Below, in pieces: positions 47,601 to 61,518 of a stretch of DNA of 64,000 bases (position 1 is its first letter; the number at the start of each line of letters is the position of its first letter). The notes under the pieces are model-generated. The model saw nothing but the letters and a program-made list of their open reading frames with translations. It searched no databases and was not told where the DNA came from. A program made the position numbers and the translations under genes. The stretch is from the NCBI RefSeq assembly GCF_009914755.1, contig NC_060936.1; one strand, written 5' to 3'. This DNA is from the human T2T-CHM13v2.0 reference genome, Homo sapiens.

Positions 47601-48150
47601 GGTACTTATTTGTTCTCTTTTCCCTTACATTCTGTGTGGTAGGTGGTATTATCTCTGATTTACACATGAAGACATCCTTGTTAATGCAATTTATTTATTC
47701 ATTCGGGCATTTACTGTGTGCCAACTTGCAAAAGGAATAGAAATGTCTGTGATCTAGATAGTTCTAGATTGAACATAGATTTTCTGCCAACAAATCCTCT
47801 CTGCTGTTCACATTATCCTTTGTTTAACGTATGAACCAGGTTACTAAAATAGGATAAATCATGTGTCTTAAAATATGAAAATAGTAAAGTCTTTGAGGTC
47901 ACTTGATCTTCTCTAAGTAGACTTTATAATATTGTGTTTTATCTCATTTCTCAATATTAGAATACGGGTAGATTTTAATTTTGCTATAATATAGGAAATG
48001 GTTCATCTTTGTACCAAAATATTGCATTCTTCTGATATTTAGACAGTTGGAAACTTTCTAAAATTGAGGATTTTGTAGTGTATACTAAATAATTGCATAT
48101 TCAAAAAAATGTATTCTGAGTATGGTGATATTAAACATTTTTCCCCAAGG
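44618..48150 (+). other. THAP2: THAP2 long AU-rich 3' UTR with several candidate poly(A) signals (AATAAA 44705, 44761; ATTAAA 48130); distal end uncertain
   Basis: Repeat-poor AT-rich block after the stop codon; the Alu cluster begins at 48473. Confidence 0.5.
45672..45827 (+). mobile_element. Alu right-arm monomer (FRAM/AluJ) in the THAP2 3' UTR region
   Basis: Right-monomer match. Confidence 0.85.
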
Positions 48151-48472
48151 AAATTACTGTCATGCCTGTTATTTCTAAAAAATGTACATAAATATTTCTG
48201 TGAAAGTTCTTTTACATTGACCCCCTGAAAGACTTCTGTGAAGTCCTTCTCCCTAAACTGAAGCAAATGGTAGAACAAAGATAATGTAAAGCCTTGAAGA
48301 GAAATTATTTTCATTTTTGTTGCTCACATTATATCTAAATGTACATTATAGTTTATTTGCACTGTTTCAGATAATAGGCAATCTAGACAAGATATATGAA
48401 CGGCTATGAAAATGGTAACAGTCTATCTCTATCCTGACCATAATTTGAGGCTCACACAAAAATGTATTTGCA

Positions 48473-48782
48473 GGCTAGGTACAGGAGTTCATGCCTGTAA
48501 TCCCAGCATGTTGTGGGGCTAAGGCGGGTGGATCACTTAAGGCCAGGAGTTTAAGACCAGCCTGGGCAACTTAGCGAGACACCCATCTCTACAAAAATAA
48601 TGAAATAAAAATTAGCCAGGCACAGAGGCATGTGGCTGTAGTACCCTAGCTACTCAGGAGGCTGAGGCAGAAGGACTGCTTGAGCCCAGGAGTTCAAGGC
48701 TGCAGTGACTCTGATCGCACCACTGCACTTCATCCTGGGCAACAGAGTGCAACCCTGTCTCTTTAAAAAAAAAAAAAAAAAA
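48473..48782 (+). mobile_element. AluJ
   Basis: Alu consensus match. Confidence 0.9.
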
Positions 48783-48852
48783 GCATACATTATCAAAGCA
48801 CTATCTTACTAACAAAAGGGAAAGATTGTAATATTTTATTAATTTCTTCTGA

Positions 48853-49561
<709 letters not shown>

Positions 49562-49812
49562 TAAGAGACACTGATCAAACTAGGATGTGCCAGACAGACA
49601 TGGTGTCCGTCCTCAAGGTTACTGGAAAACAGTATTCCATTTCTTTATTCCTGCCCTCAATTGCTCCCCACCCTCTCCCTAAGGCCCTTTTAGAATGAGC
49701 TCAACCTAATACAACAAATCCATCTTCAAATTGCTCCCTAGTCTTTTAAAATCTATACTACAAACATTTAAAAAACAAAATATTCGGGTTTAATGTCAAG
49801 AAGGCATATACT

Positions 49813-49930
49813 GGTTGGATGCAGTGGCTCACACCTGTAATCCCAACACTTTGGAAGGCCAAGGCAAGAGGATCACTTATAGCCAGGAGTTTGGGACCAG
49901 TCTGGACAACACAGTGAGACCTCACCTCTA
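49813..49930 (+). mobile_element. FLAM / Alu monomer
   Basis: Left-monomer match. Confidence 0.8.
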
Positions 49931-51008
49931 TTTTTATATTAAAAATTTTTTAAAAGAGGTGTCTATTTCTCAGATGAATTTTCAGTTTAATAAATTATTT
50001 AGCAAACACTCCAAAATGTGTTATTTCTAACTCTTCTCCATTCTCTTGAACTTCCTATTTTCATGTTCTTTTTAACCACCAAACAAACCTTTACAAATTG
50101 CCCTTGTTTAGCTTAGTCACTGAGCAAACTCTTTGTCATCTTTCAATTCTTACCTTGGATGCTCCCCTCTCTTGTGTGACACCATCCCTAAACATACCAG
50201 AGTGACATAAGTGCTTTTCTCCTTGAGTCCTGTTTATATATGACTTGGATAAAGTCATCATCTTTTTATAATGTAATTGTCTACATGTCCATTTTCATCT
50301 GCTATGCTCCTTCACCACACATACACATGTGGTGTATGTGTGTTGGCACTCAAATCACTCAAATATTCGCACATTTCAGAAAATCTAAACCAATCCCTTT
50401 GAATTAGATTCAAAGGGATTGTAAATAAAATCTGATAATTTCCTATCACACAGTAAGTGCTTTTTGACATTAGGATAATTTTTGTGATTGGTATTGAATA
50501 TAAATGTCTATCATAGAAAAATCCAAACTTTATATCAAAGAGCACTTAACCATAAATGGGTATTTATATTGTGAAATTTAAAGATCAGCGCAACAATGAA
50601 CTTTCAGTTTATTCTATGATTGCTATAGTAAGTCTCAAACTGCATGTTTTCTACAGGAAATAAATCTGATGAAGACAATTAACTGTTGGAACCATTTAAA
50701 CAAATGTGTTTGTTTCTTAACTTCTTAGAGTCATTAATAATACACTCTAACTATCCCATGTAGAGACAACATTTCTCAACCTTAAATTTGATCACAGGTA
50801 TCTTTTGAGTGGTAGGGATGCCTACTAATAACAAAGAATAACTACTATTAAGTTAAAAAATATAGTTTAGGAAATGCCTAACCAGAAATTTTCCATTGCC
50901 AGAAAATGGCTTCCAAAGTAAATAGAAAAACAAAGACTTTGTTGAAATTTTTAAGATTGATAGTCTATAAAAATTGTAACAGTAAAATCGTGATTTTTTA
51001 AAAGTATA

Positions 51009-52060
51009 CAAGAGCCCCTCCCACTCCCTTTATCCTTGGAGATACATTCCAACACCCTCAGTGGATGCTTGAAACCCTGGAAAATACCAAACCCTATATA
51101 TACTATTTTTTTCCAATTCCTATATACCTATGATAAAGCTTAATGTATAAATTAGGCACCGTAAGAGATTAGGAGGAATACCTAATAATAAAATAGAACA
51201 ATTATAACAATATATTGTAATAGAACTAAAATAAGGGCACTGTGATACTGCAACAGTCCATCTGATAACTGCAATGGCTCCTAAGTGACTAACAAGAGAG
51301 TAATGTCTATTGCATGGATATGCTAGATAAACGGAGGATTCACGTCCCAGGTGGGATGGAGCTGGATGGCATGAGATTTCATCATGCTACTTTGGCATGC
51401 AATTTAAAACTTATGAATATTTCTGGAATTTTCTTTTTAATATTTTCGGATTGTTACCGGTGGAAGGTGTCCAGGTTCTTGGTGTTTTGAACAAAGAACT
51501 GGAAAAACACACAAGCAAAGCAAGGAAAGAATGAAGCAACAAAAGCAGAGATTTACTGAAAACAAAAGTACGCGCCACAGGGTGGGAACCATCTGAGCAT
51601 AGGGGCTCAAGGGCCTCCTTACAGAATTTTCTAGGGTTTAAATACCCTCTAGAGGTTTCCCATTGGTTACTTGGTGTACACCTTATGTAAATGTAAATGA
51701 AGTACTAGCCCACAATCAGTCTGATTGGTTGTGAAAAACAACCAATTAGAGGCTGAAGCAAAGTTACAAAGTTACACTCCTACGCAAACGTCTGATTGGT
51801 TGCAGAAAGCTACCAAGCAGAGATACTTTCAATTTTCTATCTGCCACGCAGAAAAAAAGAGGGGTTTGCAAAGGGCGTAGCTTTGGGTCCTTTTGTTACT
51901 TAGGTATGGGAAGTTGGGGTTTTCCTTTTGATTTAGCTCTAGGAAGTCAGCATGAATCGGCCTTAGGTTCCCTGCCTCAATAGGAGACCCTATTCTCCTG
52001 CCTCAAGATCATGTTTAACCCTTGGTAACTGAAACTGCCTATTGCATATAAGAACTACTG
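51009..52060 (-). mobile_element. MER44 (Tigger7-derived) element split by an LTR
   Basis: TA flanks; CAGTGGATGCTTGAAACC...CCCTATATATACTAT and GGTAACTGAAAC...ACTACTG|TA. Confidence 0.75.
51452..52005 (-). mobile_element. MER51A-like ERV1 solo LTR
   Basis: Minus strand reads TGAGGCAGGAGAATAGGGTC...GGGAACCTAAGGCCGATTCA...CCGGTAACA; 4-bp TSD GGAT/AGAT; several CCAAT boxes. Confidence 0.8.
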
Positions 52061-52954
52061 TATTTTAATTATATTAACTCCTCTAAATTATTTTGGTCTT
52101 AAGCTAGAATAACTTTTATGGAGAAAAACATCTATAATTGGTCACTGAAAAAAATAGAAGGGAAAATATTCATCTAAAGGGTCAGTTCACTGACACTACT
52201 ATTTAATATGCATTTTTTAGCCAGATCTAATAGTCATGAGAAAATCATCCCTGACATCCAGGGACTGACCTGACACAGCTACACCACAGTGTTGGGAGAT
52301 AGCTTGACATTCACAACTAGGCTATGATTTTCCTATCGAACACCAACTAATCAGAGAGGGTCACTCTGTGACTGTGGTGAAGCAAGGCAAAAAAAAGAAA
52401 AAAAAAAAAAAGACCAGTTTATAATTTTGTCTAAGCAGAGACAAAAACAATGCGACTGTGCAAACCACAAAACATTAGCTTTCATTATTAATAATTTTAC
52501 CCAGTAGTCTGGTAACATTGATACTGGCCAGTCAGCTTGGTGAAATAATCCAAACATTTACCTATGCAGAACAGACTAAGACAAAAATAAAGTAGGCACA
52601 TAATACATTTCAGCATAAAGACCATATATGTATATTATCTAGTACAGGAAGCCCACTACTATTTAGTCCTACTTCACAGATTTGATTCTTAGTTAACTAC
52701 TTAATTAGATGTCTTACCAAAGAAAATGACAAGCTGTCTTGGCATGTATTTTGAAATTTAAAATAATGTGAGCTTTTTTAAAGTAACTACTCTTGGGGCT
52801 TAAAACACAATTGCATACTGTGTCTGAAATGGATTTGGCTCCTCTTCTTACACTGTCAGCAATTAACTGAAAAAATTGATAAATATTATGTAATTATCAG
52901 TTAATTACTGTTAACCCAGGCAAACAAGTTAATTTCACATAAAACATGAAATCA

Positions 52955-53263
52955 GGCCGGGCGCTGTAGCTCACGCCATTAAACCCAGCACTTTGGGAGG
53001 CCGAGGTGGGTGGATCCCCTGAGGTCAAGAGTTCGAGACCAGCCGGGCCAACATGGCAAAACCCCGTCTCTACTAAAAATATAAAAATTAGCCGGGCGTG
53101 GTTGTGGCGCCTGTAATCCCAGCTACTCCGGAGGCTGGAGCAGGAGAATCGCTTAGAACCTGGGAGGCGGTGGTTGCAGTGAGCAGAGATCGTGCCACTG
53201 CACTCCAGCCTGGGCGGCAGAGAGAGACACTGTCTCGAAAAAAAAAAAAAGAAAAGAAAAGAA
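52955..53263 (+). mobile_element. AluS
   Basis: Alu match; GAAATCAG flanks. Confidence 0.92.
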
Positions 53264-53446
53264 ATCAGCCACGATTCAGATTTTTAATGCTAACAAGACG
53301 TTTTGCTTTCTAAATGCACACACCTTTAATATAAGGGGTGTGAGGACAGATATTTCCACAATCTAAGTGGTGTTATGACAATAATTACGAGAGCTCAGTA
53401 ATAGAAACTATGTTTAACTTTACCTCGCTAGCAGCCAGGAGTCTAG

Positions 53447-53490
53447 CACATTATAGGTACTAAACAATGTTGTTTAGTACCTATAATGTG
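53447..53490. repeat. Perfect inverted repeat, 21-bp arms, 2-nt spacer
   Basis: CACATTATAGGTACTAAACAA-TG-TTGTTTAGTACCTATAATGTG. Confidence 0.97.
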
Positions 53491-53499
53491 GTTTTGGAG

Positions 53500-54030
53500 A
53501 AGCAGTGCAAACGCAGCCGGCCAGGATGCCAGCAGTGCCTGCCCACGTGAGCTAGGCGACATCCCCCTAAGCGGCTGCGGCGCATGCCCACAGCGGGCGA
53601 GGCGCTAGAGGCGGGGGCGCCGGGAGGCGCGGGCTTTGCTCCTGGGGTCTCGGCCTTGGCCGGCTGGACCTGACCCTAGGGCGGCTTGCGCAGCTGTCGG
53701 GACGTGACTGCGTTCAGCCGCGTCGGGCGTGCTTCCCAGACTTGCCCAAGTTCGGGTGCCCTAGCTGCCCCTTTGCAGCCGCTGGCCTACCCGGCCCGCG
53801 GGTGAGAAGGTTGCGACGGGAGGTGGGTGGAACTCGCCAGCGCCGGGACCGCGGATTGGCTGCCTCGGCTTTCTCTTTTCCCCGTGGGCTCCGGCGTGAG
53901 GCGCTGAAGCGGCCGGCAGCCGGCGACCGGCCCTCACCGTCCGCCGGGTTGCGCTCTGCTTTTGCGGTGAGGCGTTGACCACGCCCATATGAATTGGAGC
54001 TCTCCGCCAGTAGGAGTTTCCGGAAGGAGT
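53500..54030 (+). promoter_or_regulatory. TMEM19: TMEM19 CpG-island promoter / 5' UTR
   Basis: CpG-rich; E-box CACGTG 53544-53549, NRF1-like GCGCATGCCC ~53580-53589, GC boxes, GACGTGAC at 53701. Confidence 0.85.
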
Positions 54031-54125
54031 TTGAATTTTTGTGATTTTTATGCTTGTTTGGTCGGTGGAATATGTTGGGATTTATGTTTGCCTCTGAACA
54101 AGTGTCTTGCTCACATCGTAAATGA

Positions 54126-54362
<237 letters not shown>

Positions 54363-54522
54363 TAAAACCATACCATTGTGAAATCCAAAACTCATATCCT
54401 CTGAATGGTTATGAATGGTTGTGTTTACTTAACTTCCATAGCCTGATTTAACTTACTAACATGATAGTATAAACAATGCCTTTAATAAATGCTTGTTGTG
54501 ATAATTCGAGTTATACCTATTT

Positions 54523-54660
54523 CTTTTTTTTTTTAATTTTTATTTTGTATAAGATAGGGGTCCCTCTGTGTTGCTAGGCTGGTCTCAAACCCCTAGGCTC
54601 AAGTGATCCTCCCACCTGTGTCTCCCAAAGTGCTGGCAATACAGGCCACCACTTCTGGAC
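54523..54660 (-). mobile_element. FLAM / Alu monomer
   Basis: Left-monomer match. Confidence 0.8.
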
Positions 54661-54798
54661 TAGTTACACCTATTTCAAAATGTCTTTATATTTTATGTAA
54701 CTATTCCATCTGTCTTGGTAAAAGATAAGTGAGGCGAATATAGCTTTGTAAAGCAATTACAGTGATGCTTTTAATTTTGAATAAGAATATTAGTAATG

Positions 54799-55180
<382 letters not shown>

Positions 55181-55692
55181 TCAAAAGAATAGACTCCTTT
55201 TAAAGCCTAAAGCTACATTGCTTAAATATAAGGTACTCTGGACTCAGATCTTTAAAGTTTTAAAGGTGCTTTAGAGCATAAGCCTCCATTTACACAAACT
55301 TCCTTCTCCTATGAAAACAAAATACTGGTCAGTTTGCAACAAAGGAAAAATGAAAAGGAGAATGAGAATGCTTGTATCGTAAGGGATTGCCATTTCAGAC
55401 TGTAGGCTTTTTGCAAAGAGACATGTGAATAGTTGGAAAGGGTTCTCCAGGCTACAGAAGCTCTCAGTGCAGTTCGTTCATAATGATTCACAGTGGGGCA
55501 TCAGAGTTTTAGGGGAGGGGTGTAAGAAAAGATTCTTGTTAGTGACAGTATTTACTATGACTTGAACTAAATGGAATAAATCAGGATTTGTAAACTGAAA
55601 TATCCCTCTGGGGCCAGTCACCTAATGCAAATGAATCTGTGTACGTTTTTGTGTATTAGACCTGTGGTAATAGTTTTCATTTCCAGAAATAG

Positions 55693-56037
<345 letters not shown>

Positions 56038-56629
56038 TCATTTTTGATAGAAACATAGATACAAGCAGTGGTTCACAGTTTTCTTTACCATAAGGAAATC
56101 ACTTTGCCTTGGCGTTTAGGAGCCTATCAGGAGGGGTGGGAACTTTAAATGGGAAAGCCACGGCCTGTTTAAAGGAGGGCACCTCTCTTTACCTTAAGTC
56201 AATTCTGCCATGTTGGCCAGAACTTCCCAATTTTAAAACAGAAGCCAAGAATCTGGATTTTTATATGATATCTCCTAATCTTTAAATATTGACTAAAATT
56301 ATTTGAAAACACTCTGCTAGCCAAACATCTGTGAGCTGGATGCAGCCTCTGGAATAATCAATTTCTAACCATTGAATGAGGTGTCTGTCCTCTGACAGGC
56401 AGAGAGGAGTAAGATCCTGTTACAAAAAGAGTTCGTTCTAGGTAGTCCTTGAAATTTAATACGTGCCCCCTTTAAAAAAAATGAACCAGAGGTTCATTTT
56501 AAATATCTAGATATCCATTATTATCATAAATAGCAGTAAAAGGTTTTCAAAACTTGGACATAACCTATTTGGCCATTCTCCAGTAAGACTGTTTCTCCGA
56601 AAATATGCATGCATGTCTCAACATAAATA

Positions 56630-56954
56630 CAGTCATGCTCTGCCTAACAATGTTTTCGTCAATGACAGACCACACATACAACATGTTCCCATAAGATTAT
56701 AATACCATATTTTTACTCTACTTTTTCTATGTTTAGATACACAAATACGTTATAATTGCCTGTAGTATTCAGTACAGTAACATGCTTTACAGGTTTGTAG
56801 CCTAGGACCAATAGGCTATAGCATATAGCTTAAGTGTGTAGTAGGCTCTACCATCTAGGTGTGTGTAAGTACAGTCTGACGTTTGCATAACCATGAAATC
56901 ACCTAAGGATGCATTTCTCAGAACATATCCCTATCTTTAAGTGATGCATGACTA
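56630..56954 (+). mobile_element. Tigger3a-like MITE
   Basis: TA|CAGTCATGC...CCCATAAGATTATAATACC...GCATGACTA|TA termini. Confidence 0.8.
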
Positions 56955-57007
56955 TATATTTCTTTGGTGACTTCATCTTGGTGTTTGTACTTATGACAGT
57001 ATTTTAG

Positions 57008-57220
<213 letters not shown>

Positions 57221-57664
57221 TGAATGTTTACAGTAACTACTAAGTGCTTGCTTATATAATTTAAATTTATGTTTTCTAAATTCTGAATATATGAGACTGA
57301 CTACAAATCACAGTTATATATTTTAGACAATGATAAAGTTACATCTTGCTCAGCATTCCTATTGTCAAAATTTCAGAAACTAACGTACACTTTTAGTGTA
57401 ACATACAAATTAAACTCTGTGATTGATACAAAGTAGATTAATAGGATAGATGAACCTTGACTATTCTGCTCCTTTAGTTTGATTAGTCTTCTACCAGCAG
57501 AAACACTGGAGCACTCCTCCTATATGTAAAATAGAGCATTTGGAGAGAATAACTTTTGGAAATTGCTGTTAGTAATCTCAAAACAGAGCAGTCCAAACTT
57601 AGTGTTCTGGATTAATTTTCCAAAACTGAGTTGAGAACAGGATATGCATTCATTCTTTTAGCAA

Positions 57665-57953
57665 TTTTTTTTTTCCCGAGACAGTCTTGCTCTGTTGCCC
57701 AGGCTGGAGTGCAGTGGCATGATCGGCTCACTGCAACCTCCTCCTCCTGGATTCAAGCGATTCTTGTGCCTCAGCCTCTGAGTAGAGACTACAGGTGTGT
57801 GCCACCATGCCCAGCTAATTTTTTCTGGTATTTTTATTAGAGACAGGGTTTCGCCATGTTGACCAGGCCGGTCTCGAGCTCCTGGTCTCAAGTGATCACC
57901 TGCCTGGGCCTCCCAAAGTGCTGGGATTACAGGTATGAGCCACCATGCCTGAC
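57665..57953 (-). mobile_element. Alu
   Basis: Alu consensus match. Confidence 0.9.
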
Positions 57954-58988
57954 CCCTCTTTTAGCAAATTTTTATTGAACACTTACTGGTATGTACTACT
58001 GTTCTAAAAACTTGGGATAGATCTGTAAACAAAAAGAACGTGGTGTCAGTTCTCATGGAACTTATATTCTTTAGGGCAGATAGATAATAAATAAAATATA
58101 TAAAACTGTTCAGGTAATGATGAAGTTTATGAGAAAAATGAAAAGATAATTGTAAAGTGTGTATGTTGGAAGATGTAGTGCATTCTTCTGTAAATGGTGT
58201 CAGGTGCTTTTCTCTACGGAGGTCATTTTGCACTGGTATCTGAAGAAGCTAGCAATGAGATCTGACAGAATCATGTTCCAGGCTGACAGAATAACAAGTG
58301 CAAAAGTCCAGATATTTTAGAGGCTTATTTGAGAGTAAGAATAATAGGGCTCATTTGACTAGAAAATAGTAACGATAGGAAAAGAAGTGAGAGATAAAAT
58401 TGAATAAACTCTAGCAATGTGCTCTCGTGGTCCTATGGTTTTGTCAATTTTGCAAAGGTCAAAACTGTTGTACTCTTTTTCTTAAAGAGGGAACCCCAAA
58501 TTATATAAACTTTGGGCTCCACAAGGCCTGGATCTCCCCCTTATTTCATTTTTAGGGCATAGAGAGAATTAAATGCGATAATTTAAAGTCCTTACCTCAT
58601 TGCCTGGACACATAGCCAACATTTATTCAGTGCTTGTAACTATTATTATTAGGCAGAGTTCTTCAAAATCATGCCAATTCTCTTCATAATTAAGAAATAC
58701 TGTTTAAGTTATATTGTGAGATTTCTTTTCCTTTTGTGGGGTAATTGAGAATTAAAGTTAACTAGACATACTGATATTTTTATATGAATTTTATTTTACC
58801 ATATAATCAATAAGTATTAGGAGTGGTTATATTTTATCTATTTAACAAATGCTTATGTCACACTTTCTATGTACCAGGCACTGCTGTTAGCACTTTGGTA
58901 GTATTAAATCATTTATAACATAATTTGAACAATCTCTGCTTAAATATAATAACATGGACTTATGCTTTGCTAAAAAAAGTTCTTTCTG

Positions 58989-59106
58989 GGCTGGTCGCAG
59001 TGGCTCACACCTGTAATCCCAGCACTTTGGGAAGCCAAGGCAGAAGGATCACTCGAGTCCAGGAGTTTGAGACCAGCCTGGACAGCATAATGAGACTTCA
59101 CCTCTA

Positions 59107-59142
<36 letters not shown>

Positions 59143-59257
59143 AGCCTGGCGTGGTAGTGCACACCTGTAGTCCCAACTACACAGGAGGCTGATCGTGCCA
59201 CTTCAGTCAGCTTGGGCAACAGAGTGATACCCTGTGTCAAAAAGAAAAAAAAAAAAA
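58989..59257 (+). mobile_element. AluJ with expanded A33 middle linker and right-arm deletion
   Basis: A run 59108-59140; GGAGGCTGA joined to TCGTGCCAC. Confidence 0.88.
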
Positions 59258-60414
59258 GCTCTTAGATATCATTGCCTTGGAATTTATTATTCTTATAGAA
59301 AAAAAGGTCAAGTCCTTCTTGAAATTCTGTCTTCCTTGGGCTTCTGTGCTGTATATTGTCCTGCTTCTCTGACTTTTACGATCTCTACTGTTGTTTCTTT
59401 CCTGCTGCTAGAAGGGCTGCCTTGTAGCCCTTGGACATCTGCTCCTCTCCTATGTTGATTAGAATTAAAAGATATGAAACCTAACACTGCCACCTGTTAC
59501 CAGTGCAAACTTGGGCATGCTGCCTAACTCCTAGGAGACTCACTTTCTTAATCTCTTATGAAATACCTCCAATAGTAATATCTTATGGACTTATTGGTAA
59601 ATCTCAAACAAGATATTATATGAGGCAACACATCTTTGTAAACTATACAAAAATGTTCATTGTTAGTGATTATGTAGTTTCAACCATATTTTTATACGTG
59701 AATGACTATTAAATTGGCATTGCCACAAACATTTCTTTCTTTCTCCGTACCTCTGCTCACATTACTTCTCCCCCTCAACCTCTCTCCTACCTCATTATAT
59801 ATGCTGATTATTATTATTATCATCTGCATTAATAGAGAAGTATATAGAGAGGTTTGAAGGATGAAGAGACAGTTCTGGGCAGAAAACAATGAAAACTGCA
59901 GAAAACTGAAACTAACACTTGCAGAATAAAATTAAATGAAGTATTCTCACTTAAAAAGTTTCTGGTTCTAGGCTTCTTAGTGCTTAATGAAGTATTCTTA
60001 TTGAATAGGATTCAAATCTCATGAAGTCATTTATTTGCTGCCAGCCCTTAGAGTTGGAAATGATCAAATGTAGTAGTAGATGGAAGCATGTCCTTAACTT
60101 ACTTTCAGTAGTAACTGATAGTTCTAAAGTCAGGTAGCAAAAATATAATATGCATGTTTCTAAAAATTATCCTAGTGCTATAACATGCCACTTGATCTGC
60201 TTGAGCATAAAGGAAATCTGCTAGATTATAAACTCCTTGAGGACAAAGAGTATCTTATGCTTCTGTGTCCCATGTTTCTTTGAATAGTGCTAGATACATA
60301 ATAGATGATTAGGAATAGATGTAGTCTGATTTTTAAAAACCTTTGCTTTTTTCCTAATTATTTCATTCTATGAACTGTTTATCTTTTCTTCTTTTTTGTA
60401 AAAAAAAAAATTAT

Positions 60415-60862
<448 letters not shown>

Positions 60863-61155
60863 TTTTCTTACTGTTTGGAACTTTTTGTTTCCTTAAGGAT
60901 AAAAAAAAATCTAATGCTGATTTAAAGTATATCATAGTAGTTGGGAATATTATCCTAGAGTATGACTGCAAGTCACTTAAACTCTCAGTGTTGTACTTGT
61001 CCTGTCTATAAAATGTGAAGGAATAATGGTATCTATAGCAATGAATTATCATGAAGTGTTATCCATGTAAAATGCTTAGCACAGTACTTGGCATACAAAT
61101 ATTTTATAGATGTTAGTTATTATTACTGTTTTCCTTCCACTACTGCTATTCACAG

Positions 61156-61518
61156 TGATATAGTTTGACCATGTCTCCACACAAATCTCATCTTGAATTG
61201 TAGCTCCCATAATTCCCACATGTCAAGGGAGGGACCTGGTAGGAGGTAATTGAATCATGGGACAGGTCTTTCCCGTGCTGTTCTCGTGATAGTGAATAAG
61301 TCTCACGAGAGCTGATGGTTTTGTAAAGGGGAGTTCACCTACACAAGCCCCCTTGCCTGCCGCTATGTAAGATGTGACTTTGCTCCTCATTTGCCTTTGG
61401 CCATGATTGTGAGGCCTCCCCAGCCATGTGGAACTGTGAGCCAGTTGAACCTCTTTTCTTTATAAATTACCCAGTTTCAGGTTTGTTTTTATTAGCAGCG
61501 TGACAGCAGACTAATACA
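61156..61518 (+). mobile_element. THE1B-like MaLR solo LTR in TMEM19 intron 2
   Basis: TGATATAGTTTG...GACTAATACA, 363 bp, perfect 5-bp TSD CACAG. Confidence 0.9.
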
